Shown: positions 37,047 through 46,167 of the stretch, piece by piece
Position numbering within the stretch: position 1 is the first letter of the stretch
How the letters are laid out: every line of letters starts with the position of its first letter
From: an uncultured Candidatus Saccharibacteria bacterium
GTDB taxonomy: Bacteria > Patescibacteriota > Minisyncoccia > Phycocordibacterales > CSBR16-119
DNA: 64,000 bases
NCBI GenBank assembly: GCA_964557535.1
Contig: CAZLAD010000002.1
Location: 21,560 to 85,559 of the forward strand
Direction of reading: 5' to 3'
The notes under the pieces: model-generated
The model's database searches: none
What the model was told of the DNA's origin: nothing
The model's input: only the letters and a program-made list of their open reading frames with translations
Program-made: the position numbers and the translations under genes

Positions 37047-37451
37047 ATGAAAACTCTGCTAGTTTTCCTCTTGGCCTTCATGCCAAGTTTTGAGATCGTG
37101 GCTCAAAGTCACGCAATCAAGAATCAGTGTCCGTGCGCACACGAGCGGATCGAAAGAGCACAAAAAAGAGCGAGGTGGATGTGGGAGAACGGCTGGGTCC
37201 TGCAAATAAAATGCAGACGTCAGTCATTTTTCTTCAGGGTCAATCTTCCTGATTCCAAGGATGGCATACTTCTAACGAGAGACACACCGTTTAAGAAGAC
37301 GGTGAAGATCTCGTACCGGGACCACCATTCTTTTGGAGTTGATTTAGGAGACGGTACAACTGTCTACTACAATTTCAACTCACAGAAATGGAGCGAGCCA
37401 AGCCGACCGCTCAGCCCCGGAGAAATTCGACCGGGAGAATACAGAGAGTAG
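37047..37451 (+). CDS. Orphan secreted protein (cassette class)
   Basis: Signal peptide MKTLLVFLLAF...AQ, leader AAAACCCATCTGCC-ATG, terminator GCCCCCGCC..GGCGGGGGC. Confidence 0.65.
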   Translation: MKTLLVFLLAFMPSFEIVAQSHAIKNQCPCAHERIERAQKRARWMWENGWVLQIKCRRQSFFFRVNLPDSKDGILLTRDTPFKKTVKISYRDHHSFGVDLGDGTTVYYNFNSQKWSEPSRPLSPGEIRPGEYRE

Positions 37452-37596
37452 CTTGGGTCTACACAAGCGCACGTTCGCCCCCGCCAACAGGCGGGGGCTG
37501 TTCGTTTATTTTTTATTACGCAACTTACTTATAGCAATTTCACTCCAAGCAACAGCAAAAGCCGAGTAATTTACAATCACAAACCACGTTGGGTTT

Positions 37597-38037
37597 TTAC
37601 AACGACGCCAAGCTCGTCACGAAAAGCACTACCAGCCCCCACCAGCCGAGGAATGAAATTACGAAGCTTGCTATTATTTTGTGCTGAAGGCTCGTTGTGA
37701 GGAGCTCACGGGACTTGCCATCTTTCTCCCTTTGGATAAGCGCGGGGCTCACGACAAACGAAAGAAAACATCCATTTACGATGAGTATAGCGATGACGAC
37801 GAGACGACTTGCGAGTTCCCCCTCGACGAAAACTCCCTGTTTCGACAGGAGAATATGTCCCACAAACACAAGTAGTGTCCCAACCCAAATCAGTGGCTTG
37901 GTAATTTTATGCGTACGAATAGTTGCCTCCGTCCAGTACGAAGACGTGCGGCCGAAAAATCCGTGCAGATCGATAACCGTGACCGCGCCAAGTCCGATGA
38001 CAAATCCTGCGATAGTGAGAAAAAGTGCGATGAACAT
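37597..38037 (-). CDS. Hypothetical 4-TM membrane protein
   Basis: Four hydrophobic segments. Confidence 0.7.
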   Translation of the reverse strand: MFIALFLTIAGFVIGLGAVTVIDLHGFFGRTSSYWTEATIRTHKITKPLIWVGTLLVFVGHILLSKQGVFVEGELASRLVVIAILIVNGCFLSFVVSPALIQREKDGKSRELLTTSLQHKIIASFVISFLGWWGLVVLFVTSLASL

Positions 38038-38038
38038 A

Positions 38039-38440
38039 TTATTTGAAATTTAGATACGTAATCGTGAGTTGAAGGACCGTTGCGAAAATAACCCAAAGCA
38101 GATACGGAATATTGATAAGAGCAATCCATTTCGCGTATGGATATATGGCAATCATCGCCCAGATGAGCGTCGCAAGGACGAGAATGATGTCTCCAGCTGC
38201 GAGGAGATTGTTCTTCAGTCCAAATTGAATCGGCGTAAAAAGTAAATTAAAAACGAGATTAAGAATAAATGGCAAAGCAACAATGAACGGAATCTGGCGC
38301 CCGAAAAGCATCATAAAAACTTTTCCAAATGAAATGGCGATGAGGATGTAAAGCACAGACCACACCGGACCAAAGAGCCACGACGGCGGAGCCCAGTCGG
38401 GCCTTATGAGCGTCTGATACCATTCATAAGAATTTTTCAT
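38039..38440 (-). CDS. tspO: TspO/MBR family protein
   Basis: WY..L.RP.WAPP.WLFGPVW..LY; PYLLW..FA. Confidence 0.9.
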   Translation of the reverse strand: MKNSYEWYQTLIRPDWAPPSWLFGPVWSVLYILIAISFGKVFMMLFGRQIPFIVALPFILNLVFNLLFTPIQFGLKNNLLAAGDIILVLATLIWAMIAIYPYAKWIALINIPYLLWVIFATVLQLTITYLNFK

Positions 38441-38484
38441 ACTTAAATCATGCACCAAGTCCTAATTTTTTACAACCCGAATCT

Positions 38485-39966
38485 TTATACCGACTTCTTG
38501 TCGAGATCGAGAGTTTCGTCGATACGGATTTGCTTTACGAATTCTGGAACGTGAGAAACGAGAATCATCGCGCCTTGGAATTCATCGAGCGCTTTGGCAA
38601 TGACCGGCAAATGTCGAAAGTTTATATGATTCGTCGGCTCGTCGAGAATGAGGAGTCCGGGTCGTTCGAGCACGAGCCGTGCAAATGCTACGAGTCCTTT
38701 CTGACCTTCGGACAAAGATCCGATTTTGGTTTTGATCATGTCGCCGGTAAGCAGAAATCCAGCCGCGGTTGCACGCAACCGTTCTTCGTTTAGGGGCATG
38801 TTCGCTATAGCCATACCATCACGCAGAGATTCGTAAATCGTTTGATTAAAATCAAGCGTCGAAAAATCTTGGCGATAGTAGCCAATGCGAACTTCTGGCG
38901 CAATTTTTACTCCCTCGGCCGTTCCACGGGCCAAATTCTCAAGAAGCGTCGACTTCCCTATTCCGTTTGGACCCGCGAGAAGAAGATGATTATTTTTCTT
39001 TAATTTTATGTTTACTTTTTTCTTTGTCGGTTTGTGATTTTTCAAAACGGTAACAGATTCGAAAGTAACCAAATCACCAATCAGATCACCCTGATATGGA
39101 ATAGTAAAATTCTTGATTGTTTTGTCTTCGCGTCGTACATCCACCAACTCTTCTTCGAGATCGGCCGCGAGGTCACGCATACGTTTCGCGACCGCACGCA
39201 AATTACCGCCTTTATGAGCAAAGACGTTAGCTTGATCCTTCTTGGCCTGGATGATTTTACCCAGTCGTGCGTTTTTGATATTTTCTTTTTCGACGCGCGC
39301 AGTAATGTCTTTGATCACATCGAAATAGTTTCCGACGTAGCGCTCAATTTTTCGCGTGAAAACGTCGAGATATAGCACGCCGTCAGTAAACGAATTCAAA
39401 AAGTCGGCGTCGTGAGAGATGACCAGACAAGTTTTTTGATAATTGATAAGAAAATCTGTAAGGTGTGCGATGCCGGCTTTGTCCAAATTATTCGTCGGCT
39501 CGTCGAGAAGAAGTATGTCTGGTTCTTGGATTAAAGCCGAGGCGAGAAGTATGCGTGCCTGCTGACCACCAGAAAAACTTCGAATGACGCGGTCGTGAAC
39601 TTTTTCATGACCTTTCAAGTGAACAATTTCTAGAACTTCATCGATGCGCGGATCAATGTCGTAAACCTTTGCTTTGAAATAACTTTGAAAAAATTCTCGC
39701 ACGGTCATGTCCATCTTCTCGCGCGGAATAACTTGTTTGGCGATGGCGATAGTAACTCCCCGCACAACGTGGATATCGCCAGAGTTCGGCTCGTGCTCGC
39801 CAGTAATGAGCCCAAAAAGTGTAGATTTACCCGCGCCGTTTTGACCCATAATAGTGAGCTTCATGCCCGAGCGCACCGAAAAAGACACCTCGTCGAGGAT
39901 CGGCTTCAAGGGATTGTATTCAAATGTGACTCCTTCGAATCGGAGAATCGTTTCGTCTTTGGACAC
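38485..39966 (-). CDS. ABC-F family ATP-binding protein
   Basis: Two ABC domains (GQNGAGKS, GPNGIGKS; LDEPTN twice), no TM segments. Confidence 0.9.
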   Translation of the reverse strand: MSKDETILRFEGVTFEYNPLKPILDEVSFSVRSGMKLTIMGQNGAGKSTLFGLITGEHEPNSGDIHVVRGVTIAIAKQVIPREKMDMTVREFFQSYFKAKVYDIDPRIDEVLEIVHLKGHEKVHDRVIRSFSGGQQARILLASALIQEPDILLLDEPTNNLDKAGIAHLTDFLINYQKTCLVISHDADFLNSFTDGVLYLDVFTRKIERYVGNYFDVIKDITARVEKENIKNARLGKIIQAKKDQANVFAHKGGNLRAVAKRMRDLAADLEEELVDVRREDKTIKNFTIPYQGDLIGDLVTFESVTVLKNHKPTKKKVNIKLKKNNHLLLAGPNGIGKSTLLENLARGTAEGVKIAPEVRIGYYRQDFSTLDFNQTIYESLRDGMAIANMPLNEERLRATAAGFLLTGDMIKTKIGSLSEGQKGLVAFARLVLERPGLLILDEPTNHINFRHLPVIAKALDEFQGAMILVSHVPEFVKQIRIDETLDLDKKSV

Positions 39967-40042
39967 GTTCTAGAAGATTACTTTATTTTATATAAAAATG
40001 AAACCCCAAAATGGTTGAAGCCCGCCTTACGGGACGGGCTTC

Positions 40043-40180
40043 TCAACCGGATCGTGAGCTATAGCTACCACGACAGACCGAAGTCCGTACGACATCACGC
40101 TCATAACTCAAGCGACCCCAGTATAAAGGTCTAGCGTCCCCCAAGAAAACCCGATTTCTTTTCACCAACCGGCCAAGCAT
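40043..40180 (-). CDS. 45-aa orphan ORF (not in the ORF track; cassette class)
   Basis: MLGRLVKRNRVFLGDARPLYWGRLSYERDVVRTSVCRGSYSSRSG*; TAGAAT upstream; hairpin GAAGCCCG..CGGGCTTC directly after the stop. Confidence 0.45.
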   Translation of the reverse strand: MLGRLVKRNRVFLGDARPLYWGRLSYERDVVRTSVCRGSYSSRSG

Positions 40181-40284
40181 GTGGGACGATTACCTTTGAT
40201 AAATATTCTACACTCTCTTTATAATTTTACAATACAAACGAAGAAGCCCCCGCGCGGGGGGCTCTCGGGACCAGATCGGTCTTT

Positions 40285-40608
40285 CTAATGATGCCAACGA
40301 GGTAGTCCATCCTTTGAATGTGCACGCTCCCACTCTTCTGGGGTCATGTCATTTATGAGCCAAACCAGCCTCTTACGGCCATCAATCCTCCGATAGCCAT
40401 GCTTTATCTGGTCGGCCCCAGGAACATGGTATTTGTCCATGAATTCTTTGAGGGTGAGTCCTTCGACAGGATCCCGTTCCGCCAAGGGCTGATTCAGAAA
40501 GTCTTCGGCGGTTTGAAGGCCGTTTGCTCTTGCGTGACGATCGGCATCTTTCTCCCAGGCACTCTGGCCGATTGGAGGCATCTTGGGTCTTATGTTCTCA
40601 ATTCTCAT
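40285..40608 (-). CDS. Orphan protein (cassette class)
   Basis: TTGTAG-17-TATAAT, leader AAAACCCGCCACC-ATG, terminator at 40244-40265. Confidence 0.65.
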   Translation of the reverse strand: MRIENIRPKMPPIGQSAWEKDADRHARANGLQTAEDFLNQPLAERDPVEGLTLKEFMDKYHVPGADQIKHGYRRIDGRKRLVWLINDMTPEEWERAHSKDGLPRWHH

Positions 40609-40651
40609 GGTGGCGGGTTTTGCTAAAAATTATAACACTGGTTTTATTATA

Positions 40652-41161
40652 CTACAAACGACGCGTATCGTACGCCCAGTGTAAAAGCGCCTGACGCTGA
40701 CGCGGACGACAAGCGAGATCTCCTACTCGGCAATTATGCGATATCTGGGCCAGATGGCGACGCATGGCATTCCAACGTTTTATCTGACGAGTGTCTTCAT
40801 CAGGAATTCTGCGACCCATGTAATAGCGACAATACCATTGAAACCACCCCCGCGGATCTTCGTGGTAAATCCAACCTTTGGCTCGCCAGACGGACAGCGG
40901 TTGGCTTGCATTTATTTTGAAATAATTTATTTTCGCATCACGAGCACCTTTGGCAAATTTGGCAAGCGTAAACCACGACTTTGGAAACTCTTTGCCACAA
41001 TCACGCATGTACACCCCGCCAAAAACTCCAATAGCAAGCATTTCGGCTGGCGTCAAATCTGGACGAAAATCGGGATGAAAATTTCTACCAACGGGAGCAG
41101 ACAAAACATATTCGTATTTTTTCTGCATTTTGTCGTTTACGACAACTTTCTTTTTGGGCAT
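40652..41161 (-). CDS. Conserved hypothetical protein
   Basis: LTPAEML..GVFGG.Y...DPRGWFQWYCRYY.GRR..ED.RQI.RW...RQALLHWAY. Confidence 0.8.
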   Translation of the reverse strand: MPKKKVVVNDKMQKKYEYVLSAPVGRNFHPDFRPDLTPAEMLAIGVFGGVYMRDCGKEFPKSWFTLAKFAKGARDAKINYFKINASQPLSVWRAKGWIYHEDPRGWFQWYCRYYMGRRIPDEDTRQIKRWNAMRRHLAQISHNCRVGDLACRPRQRQALLHWAYDTRRL

Positions 41162-41164
41162 ATC

Positions 41165-41377
41165 TTAGAGCTTACCGAGTTCTTTCAAGTCTTTGTCGGG
41201 AAAGTATAGAATGAAGATTCCGACAATTATCCCAGCAATAGCGGTAATGAAATGATCGCCGTTTAAAAGACGATGGTCAACAATATCTAGCAAGTGCCAC
41301 ACTCCCCGCCAAATCAAAACGATGGCCACGCCAACAAGGAAACTATCTACTAAGTTCTTTGCTTTTTTTGATGTCAT
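41165..41377 (-). CDS. Small 2-TM protein
   Basis: IWRGVW.LLD motif. Confidence 0.65.
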   Translation of the reverse strand: MTSKKAKNLVDSFLVGVAIVLIWRGVWHLLDIVDHRLLNGDHFITAIAGIIVGIFILYFPDKDLKELGKL

Positions 41378-41410
41378 GATGAGAAAATTATAACATGATT
41401 GTATAAAAGA

Positions 41411-41734
41411 CTATTTTATTTCTTTCCATTGCCGAGTTTTTTCGTCATATTCTGCAAGATTTTCTGACCAAAAAGGCATATCGTTTTTGTAATGAATCGC
41501 ATGAACAACGGTCACCGACGAAGAAATTTTATTAGGAAATTCTCCTCTTCTTGTGTATTGATATTCAATGAAACGCCCTTCTTCCAAGTCTTTTTTTGCT
41601 TCATAAAAATAAAGTCCTTTTTCGTCAGAAAGCTCTCTAGTAAAAACGGCGCCTTCGGCAAAGCGGTTCATAACTTCTAAAACCTGTTCTCTGGTGAGTA
41701 TTCTCTCGGGACTTGCTTCCATAAATTCTTTCAT
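41411..41734 (-). CDS. Hypothetical protein
   Basis: 107-aa ORF. Confidence 0.65.
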   Translation of the reverse strand: MKEFMEASPERILTREQVLEVMNRFAEGAVFTRELSDEKGLYFYEAKKDLEEGRFIEYQYTRRGEFPNKISSSVTVVHAIHYKNDMPFWSENLAEYDEKTRQWKEIK

Positions 41735-41848
41735 AGCTTTATTCTATCACTTCCTTGATTTTAATTCCCATAATAGTGACAATTACGAACTTCTTCTCTC
41801 AAATATTTTAGGACTATGTTTCTTTAGAATTTGGATTATAATAAAAGT

Positions 41849-42052
41849 ATGCAAAAAATTACAACAAAATTGTTTATTATCGCTTCTGTCGCTTTCGGCA
41901 TCGCCGGAATCCTCCTCATCCTGACGACCGAAGGACCGGATGGCACAACGGCTTATAACATGATTCTAACCAAAATCATGATGACGTCAGTCTTCGTCCT
42001 CCTACCCTCTTTTGCGCTAAGTGTCGCGAGTAAATATCTAAACACTAAATAA
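41849..42052 (+). CDS. Small 2-TM protein
   Basis: Hydrophobic ORF after TATAAT. Confidence 0.6.
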   Translation: MQKITTKLFIIASVAFGIAGILLILTTEGPDGTTAYNMILTKIMMTSVFVLLPSFALSVASKYLNTK

Positions 42053-42680
42053 AATCGGTCTTTAGATAATCGCGCAATTTTGAAACAGAATCGACAATAG
42101 CCACGAGGTTTTCGTGCGGTTCACGGTTGAAATAAGCATGATCGTGAATCCCCCATGTCACGGCAATCGTCGGCACGTTTTCGTGATCGGCCTCGCGAAT
42201 ATCACCCAAGGTGTCGGTGATGAAAATCATATCTTTTGAATCAACACTATACTTTTCTTTAATCATTTTGAATTTCTCAGTTTTCTTGATCGAAACTTCT
42301 TTGGTTCCGAGAAAATCAAAAAGATCGAGTATTCCGTGGCGTTCCAAAACAGGAAAACAAGTTGTTTTACCCGCAGAAGTATTGAGACACAGGGTTTGCC
42401 CGGAAGCGAAAAGATCTTTTACGAGTTCCGCAATCCCATCAAATAAGACACACTCTTTTTTGTCTTTTATGTACTTGTTTAAGCGGGCTTCTTTTTCTTC
42501 GGGGGTTTCGATTTTTTTAAAATCAGTCAGCTTGGCAGATTCTTCGATAAAATTACCGCACAGCGTTTCGCGGTACAGTTCTTCCCCGGCATTTGGGTGG
42601 ACATTATAAAAATCCTCGACTGTCAATTTATTCGAGTCCACCAAGACTCCATCAAGATCGAAAATTATGATTTTAGACAT
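42045..42680 (-). CDS. HAD family hydrolase
   Basis: IIFDLDGVLVDS; FITD..GD; AVTWG. Confidence 0.88.
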   Translation of the reverse strand: MSKIIIFDLDGVLVDSNKLTVEDFYNVHPNAGEELYRETLCGNFIEESAKLTDFKKIETPEEKEARLNKYIKDKKECVLFDGIAELVKDLFASGQTLCLNTSAGKTTCFPVLERHGILDLFDFLGTKEVSIKKTEKFKMIKEKYSVDSKDMIFITDTLGDIREADHENVPTIAVTWGIHDHAYFNREPHENLVAIVDSVSKLRDYLKTDFI

Positions 42681-42870
42681 GGGCTGGCCTGTTCGGTCTC
42701 GGAAGTTTTAAAACGTTACCCCACAAGGCTTTCCAGGTAACTTTCATTCTACCATTTCGACCCTCTTCGGACAGCTCTAAAACGAGACAAACGAGACACT
42801 TTTTCGCTTCGATTTTTATCTATTGACGAGCATGATAATGAATGATATTATGCCAACAAAATACCCTGAA

Positions 42871-43230
42871 ATGAAAGCACTAAAGCTCTCGTCTGTATGG
42901 GATTGGACCTTGTCGGCCACTCTGTACGTTCTCTTCTTGCTCCTACTCGGTAAGATCGTCGACATCTTCTCACCCGTCACAACCATGTTCTTCGTACTGA
43001 TCGGTACGGGATACGGTTTGATGAGTGGATGGCTCAGAGCGATCATTACCATTTCGGGTATCGCCATGTACATCCTGTCGTGGGTGGCATTGTGGAACTG
43101 GAATTGGAGTCCGAACGAAGCGATGTTGCTATGCGGAGCCGGCATCCTCACCTGGATCGCCGCCGTCTTTTCTCCAGCAGCATCACATATCTTGCCGCTG
43201 ATTTTCGCGGCAAGACAACGTCCCTTGTGA
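42871..43230 (+). CDS. Orphan 4-TM protein (cassette class)
   Basis: TTGACG-17-TATTAT promoter; terminator GAAGCCC..GGGCTTC at 43252-43277. Confidence 0.6.
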   Translation: MKALKLSSVWDWTLSATLYVLFLLLLGKIVDIFSPVTTMFFVLIGTGYGLMSGWLRAIITISGIAMYILSWVALWNWNWSPNEAMLLCGAGILTWIAAVFSPAASHILPLIFAARQRPL

Positions 43231-43505
43231 CGTAGACCACTTATGTGGAACGAAGCCCTTAGCGAAAGCGGGGCTTCTTCTTTTTCTCTAATTAAATCTT
43301 TATCCACACCCCTCATTCGTTGACATTATTCCGTACCGATATACATTTAGTTTATAAGATATTTCATAGATAAATAGTTTCTAAGTAAAGCGTTGTAAGC
43401 ACTTACAGTGACAAGTAAGGGTTTGGCCCAAGCGTGGATAACCAAGAGTGTTGGCTAAAGGCGACAATATCTTAGGTTTTAGGAACTAACGCCTATCTAC
43501 GAAGT

Positions 43506-44816
43506 ATGAAAACTAATATTGAGGTTGTTTATGTTCGCACGGATCTACTTTCTGCTGCGGAATATAATCCACGCACGTGGGACTCAGAAGCCAAGAAGCA
43601 TTTAACAGAGAGTATTAATAAATTTGGTGTTGTTGATCCGCTCATCGTGAACGGTGCAACGAATCGAAAGAATATTGTTATCGGTGGGCACTTTCGTCTT
43701 GAAGTGTTAAAAGAACTTGGGCATGCCGAAGTTCCTGTCGTGTATCTAAACATACCCGACATAAACAAAGAGAAGGAACTAAATATTCGTCTCAATAAAA
43801 ACCAGGGAGAATTTGATCTCGATCTTCTAACATCTTTCGACGAAGGCTTATTAGCCGATATTGGTTTTTCAAGTGAAGAGCTTGATGATATTTTCCTTGA
43901 TGACATTGAAGAAGATGAGTTTGATCTAAAGAAAGCACTTGAGAGACTAGATATACAAAAAATTTCGGTAAAACCAGGAGATGTATACGAGATAGACGGC
44001 TCGCGTCTTATGTGTGGTGACTCGACAATAGAGTCTGACATGAAAAAGCTTGTGGGGAATGAAAAAGCCGACATGGTAATGACAGATCCACCATATATTC
44101 TCGACTACCTAACAAAACCAAACCAAGGAGGTTTTGGCGCAAATCAGAATAGAAAATATCTTGGAACCGACAGCTTGCCTCCAAACTTCACGGAGCTTTG
44201 GATGAGTAATGTTGCCGGGGCAGCCCAAAAGGATTTCTCTATTATCGTTTACGAGAATTGGAAGAATATTAGAACCATCTGGAATGAAATGGAGAAACAT
44301 TGGCGCGTCCGAAATATGATCGTTTGGCATGCCGCCAATAGAAGCCAGGGATATGCCGGCAAACACAAGTTCTTCAACAAGCACGACATCGCGATTGTTG
44401 GTACGACGCCAGGAAAAGATGTATCCAGCGAACAAGAAGATGCTCTTATCGAAAATGAATATGAGACGGCACTATTTGCAATTTCTGGAAGTCCTCATTG
44501 GGAGAAATATGAGAAAGGTAATCCATACTGTCCAACCGATTTCATCTCTCACAATGTAGCAACTGAAAAATCTTCTGGCCAAGGGGTTGTCTTTGGAACA
44601 AAACCAATCGAACTCTTGATTCCGTATATCAAGGTGCTGACCAAGCGTAATCAGTTGGTCCTGGAACCATTTGGCGGAAGCGGATCAACCCTCATCGCCT
44701 CCATTAAGATTAGTCGTCGATGCTTTACCATGGAGAAATCTCCCGTCTATTCTGAAGTCATCCTTACACGGTGGGAAAAATTAACTGGTAAGAAAAGAGT
44801 AAAAATAAATGCATAA
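43506..44816 (+). CDS. ParB-like N-terminal domain plus N6/N4 DNA methyltransferase (phage type)
   Basis: EYNPR...FGVVDPL...IGGHFR; TDPPY; KPIEL; LEPFGGSGST. Confidence 0.88.
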   Translation: MKTNIEVVYVRTDLLSAAEYNPRTWDSEAKKHLTESINKFGVVDPLIVNGATNRKNIVIGGHFRLEVLKELGHAEVPVVYLNIPDINKEKELNIRLNKNQGEFDLDLLTSFDEGLLADIGFSSEELDDIFLDDIEEDEFDLKKALERLDIQKISVKPGDVYEIDGSRLMCGDSTIESDMKKLVGNEKADMVMTDPPYILDYLTKPNQGGFGANQNRKYLGTDSLPPNFTELWMSNVAGAAQKDFSIIVYENWKNIRTIWNEMEKHWRVRNMIVWHAANRSQGYAGKHKFFNKHDIAIVGTTPGKDVSSEQEDALIENEYETALFAISGSPHWEKYEKGNPYCPTDFISHNVATEKSSGQGVVFGTKPIELLIPYIKVLTKRNQLVLEPFGGSGSTLIASIKISRRCFTMEKSPVYSEVILTRWEKLTGKKRVKINA

Positions 44817-45264
44817 CAATGATATTAGAAAACAATTTATTGAAACTCTCGAAGAAGTCCCTTTCGTTAAATATGCTGCCAAGAAGGTCGGTATCAATCG
44901 TACGACTATATATCGATGGATGCAGGAAGACCCAAGATTCAGAATTCAAGTAGAAAAGTCTTTGGGTGAGGGCCGTAAATTACTTATCGAAGACGCGGAG
45001 TATCAATTACTAAAAAAGATTAGAAAAGATGGCAACCAAAGAGCCATAGAGTTTTTCCTAAAACATAATAATAAGAAGTATTATCCAAGAAAAACGATGG
45101 AGGTATATCCATTGGCTGAAGACCAGTATCAGATGTCGTTTGAAGAACACGCGGCTATCGAGTTGTGGTCAGAGAAGTTTGTTGAGCTATCTCCTATGTG
45201 GCGACGAATCTTCTCTGACATGGAAAAGAAGCTAGGAAACCCCGACGAAGACCGATCCTTATAA
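44809..45264 (+). CDS. HTH protein resembling phage small terminase-like regulators
   Basis: AAKKVGINRTTIYRW..ED..F...AIEFFLK. Confidence 0.7.
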   Translation: MHNNDIRKQFIETLEEVPFVKYAAKKVGINRTTIYRWMQEDPRFRIQVEKSLGEGRKLLIEDAEYQLLKKIRKDGNQRAIEFFLKHNNKKYYPRKTMEVYPLAEDQYQMSFEEHAAIELWSEKFVELSPMWRRIFSDMEKKLGNPDEDRSL

Positions 45265-45276
45265 GGAGGAAGATGA

Positions 45277-45882
45277 TTAGTCGATTTGCACTAAGGTGTT
45301 GCAAGCCGTATCGTAACCATCACTCTCATTCTTCAAGAATTCACAGAGATTGCCACTATCGAAGTTCGACCAAGCGATCTTTTCATAGGTCGCTTTGTCG
45401 ATTGTATATACCAAGATCACTTTGTTTTCTGCATTCCCATATTTATCTGTCGTGTCGCCGTAGTACCAAACCAAGACATCGTACGCTTCTGGATGAGAAG
45501 AATATATTTCTTGGAATGTTTTGGCGGATAGCTCTCCTGTATTTCGGTATAAGGAATCTTTGTTGTAGAACGAAGAAAGAGAATATTTAACCGTGATCAT
45601 TTTCGTGTCGACAGGACGATCTGGGTCAGATTTCTCTATGTCCATTCCTACATAGGAAGCATGTGCAAGCGGAATGTCTTTAACAATCGCTTTTAGTCTA
45701 TCTTCTGGCGTTAGTGATTGTGCTGGAACATTTGTTGCAACAGTTTGTTCTGTTTTCTTGCCATCACCAGATCCGGCGATGACGAAAAGAAAAATAATAA
45801 AGACTACAATTCCAGTAATTACTGGGTGGCGTTTGATCCAGGACTTGGTTGTCTTAGGATCCATCATTGGGTGTTTATCCAT
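45277..45882 (-). CDS. Single-TM extracytoplasmic hypothetical protein
   Basis: WIKRHP followed by a TM segment. Confidence 0.7.
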   Translation of the reverse strand: MDKHPMMDPKTTKSWIKRHPVITGIVVFIIFLFVIAGSGDGKKTEQTVATNVPAQSLTPEDRLKAIVKDIPLAHASYVGMDIEKSDPDRPVDTKMITVKYSLSSFYNKDSLYRNTGELSAKTFQEIYSSHPEAYDVLVWYYGDTTDKYGNAENKVILVYTIDKATYEKIAWSNFDSGNLCEFLKNESDGYDTACNTLVQID

Positions 45883-45918
45883 ATGTTATTACTAATTAAT
45901 AAATCCCGATGATGGATA

Positions 45919-46016
45919 CAAAAAGCCCACCACGGGTAGGGCCCGAAAGCCCTCATACGAGTTTCCTCGTATGGCCAATCAGACAACCCCATGATGGGTT
46001 CTTTATGTCTGATTGG
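45919..46016 (-). ncRNA. Candidate structured RNA
   Basis: GAAA and UUCG tetraloop hairpins and G-U-compatible long stems only on the minus strand. Confidence 0.5.
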
Positions 46017-46167
46017 ACTTTTTCACCATGCCCAGTAAGGGGTTTAGGCTACTTTATTTATTCGATTGTTCGACCATAATACCAAATAATAGGCATTACG
46101 CCCACCACCATAGCAGATTCCAGGATTTTGCGAAGGGGGTTACCAACAAGTTTAGATCTAAATTTTT

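Noticed and set aside
42816-43316. 166-aa minus-strand ORF
   Set aside because: It is antisense to the plus-strand membrane ORF, which has a promoter and terminator.
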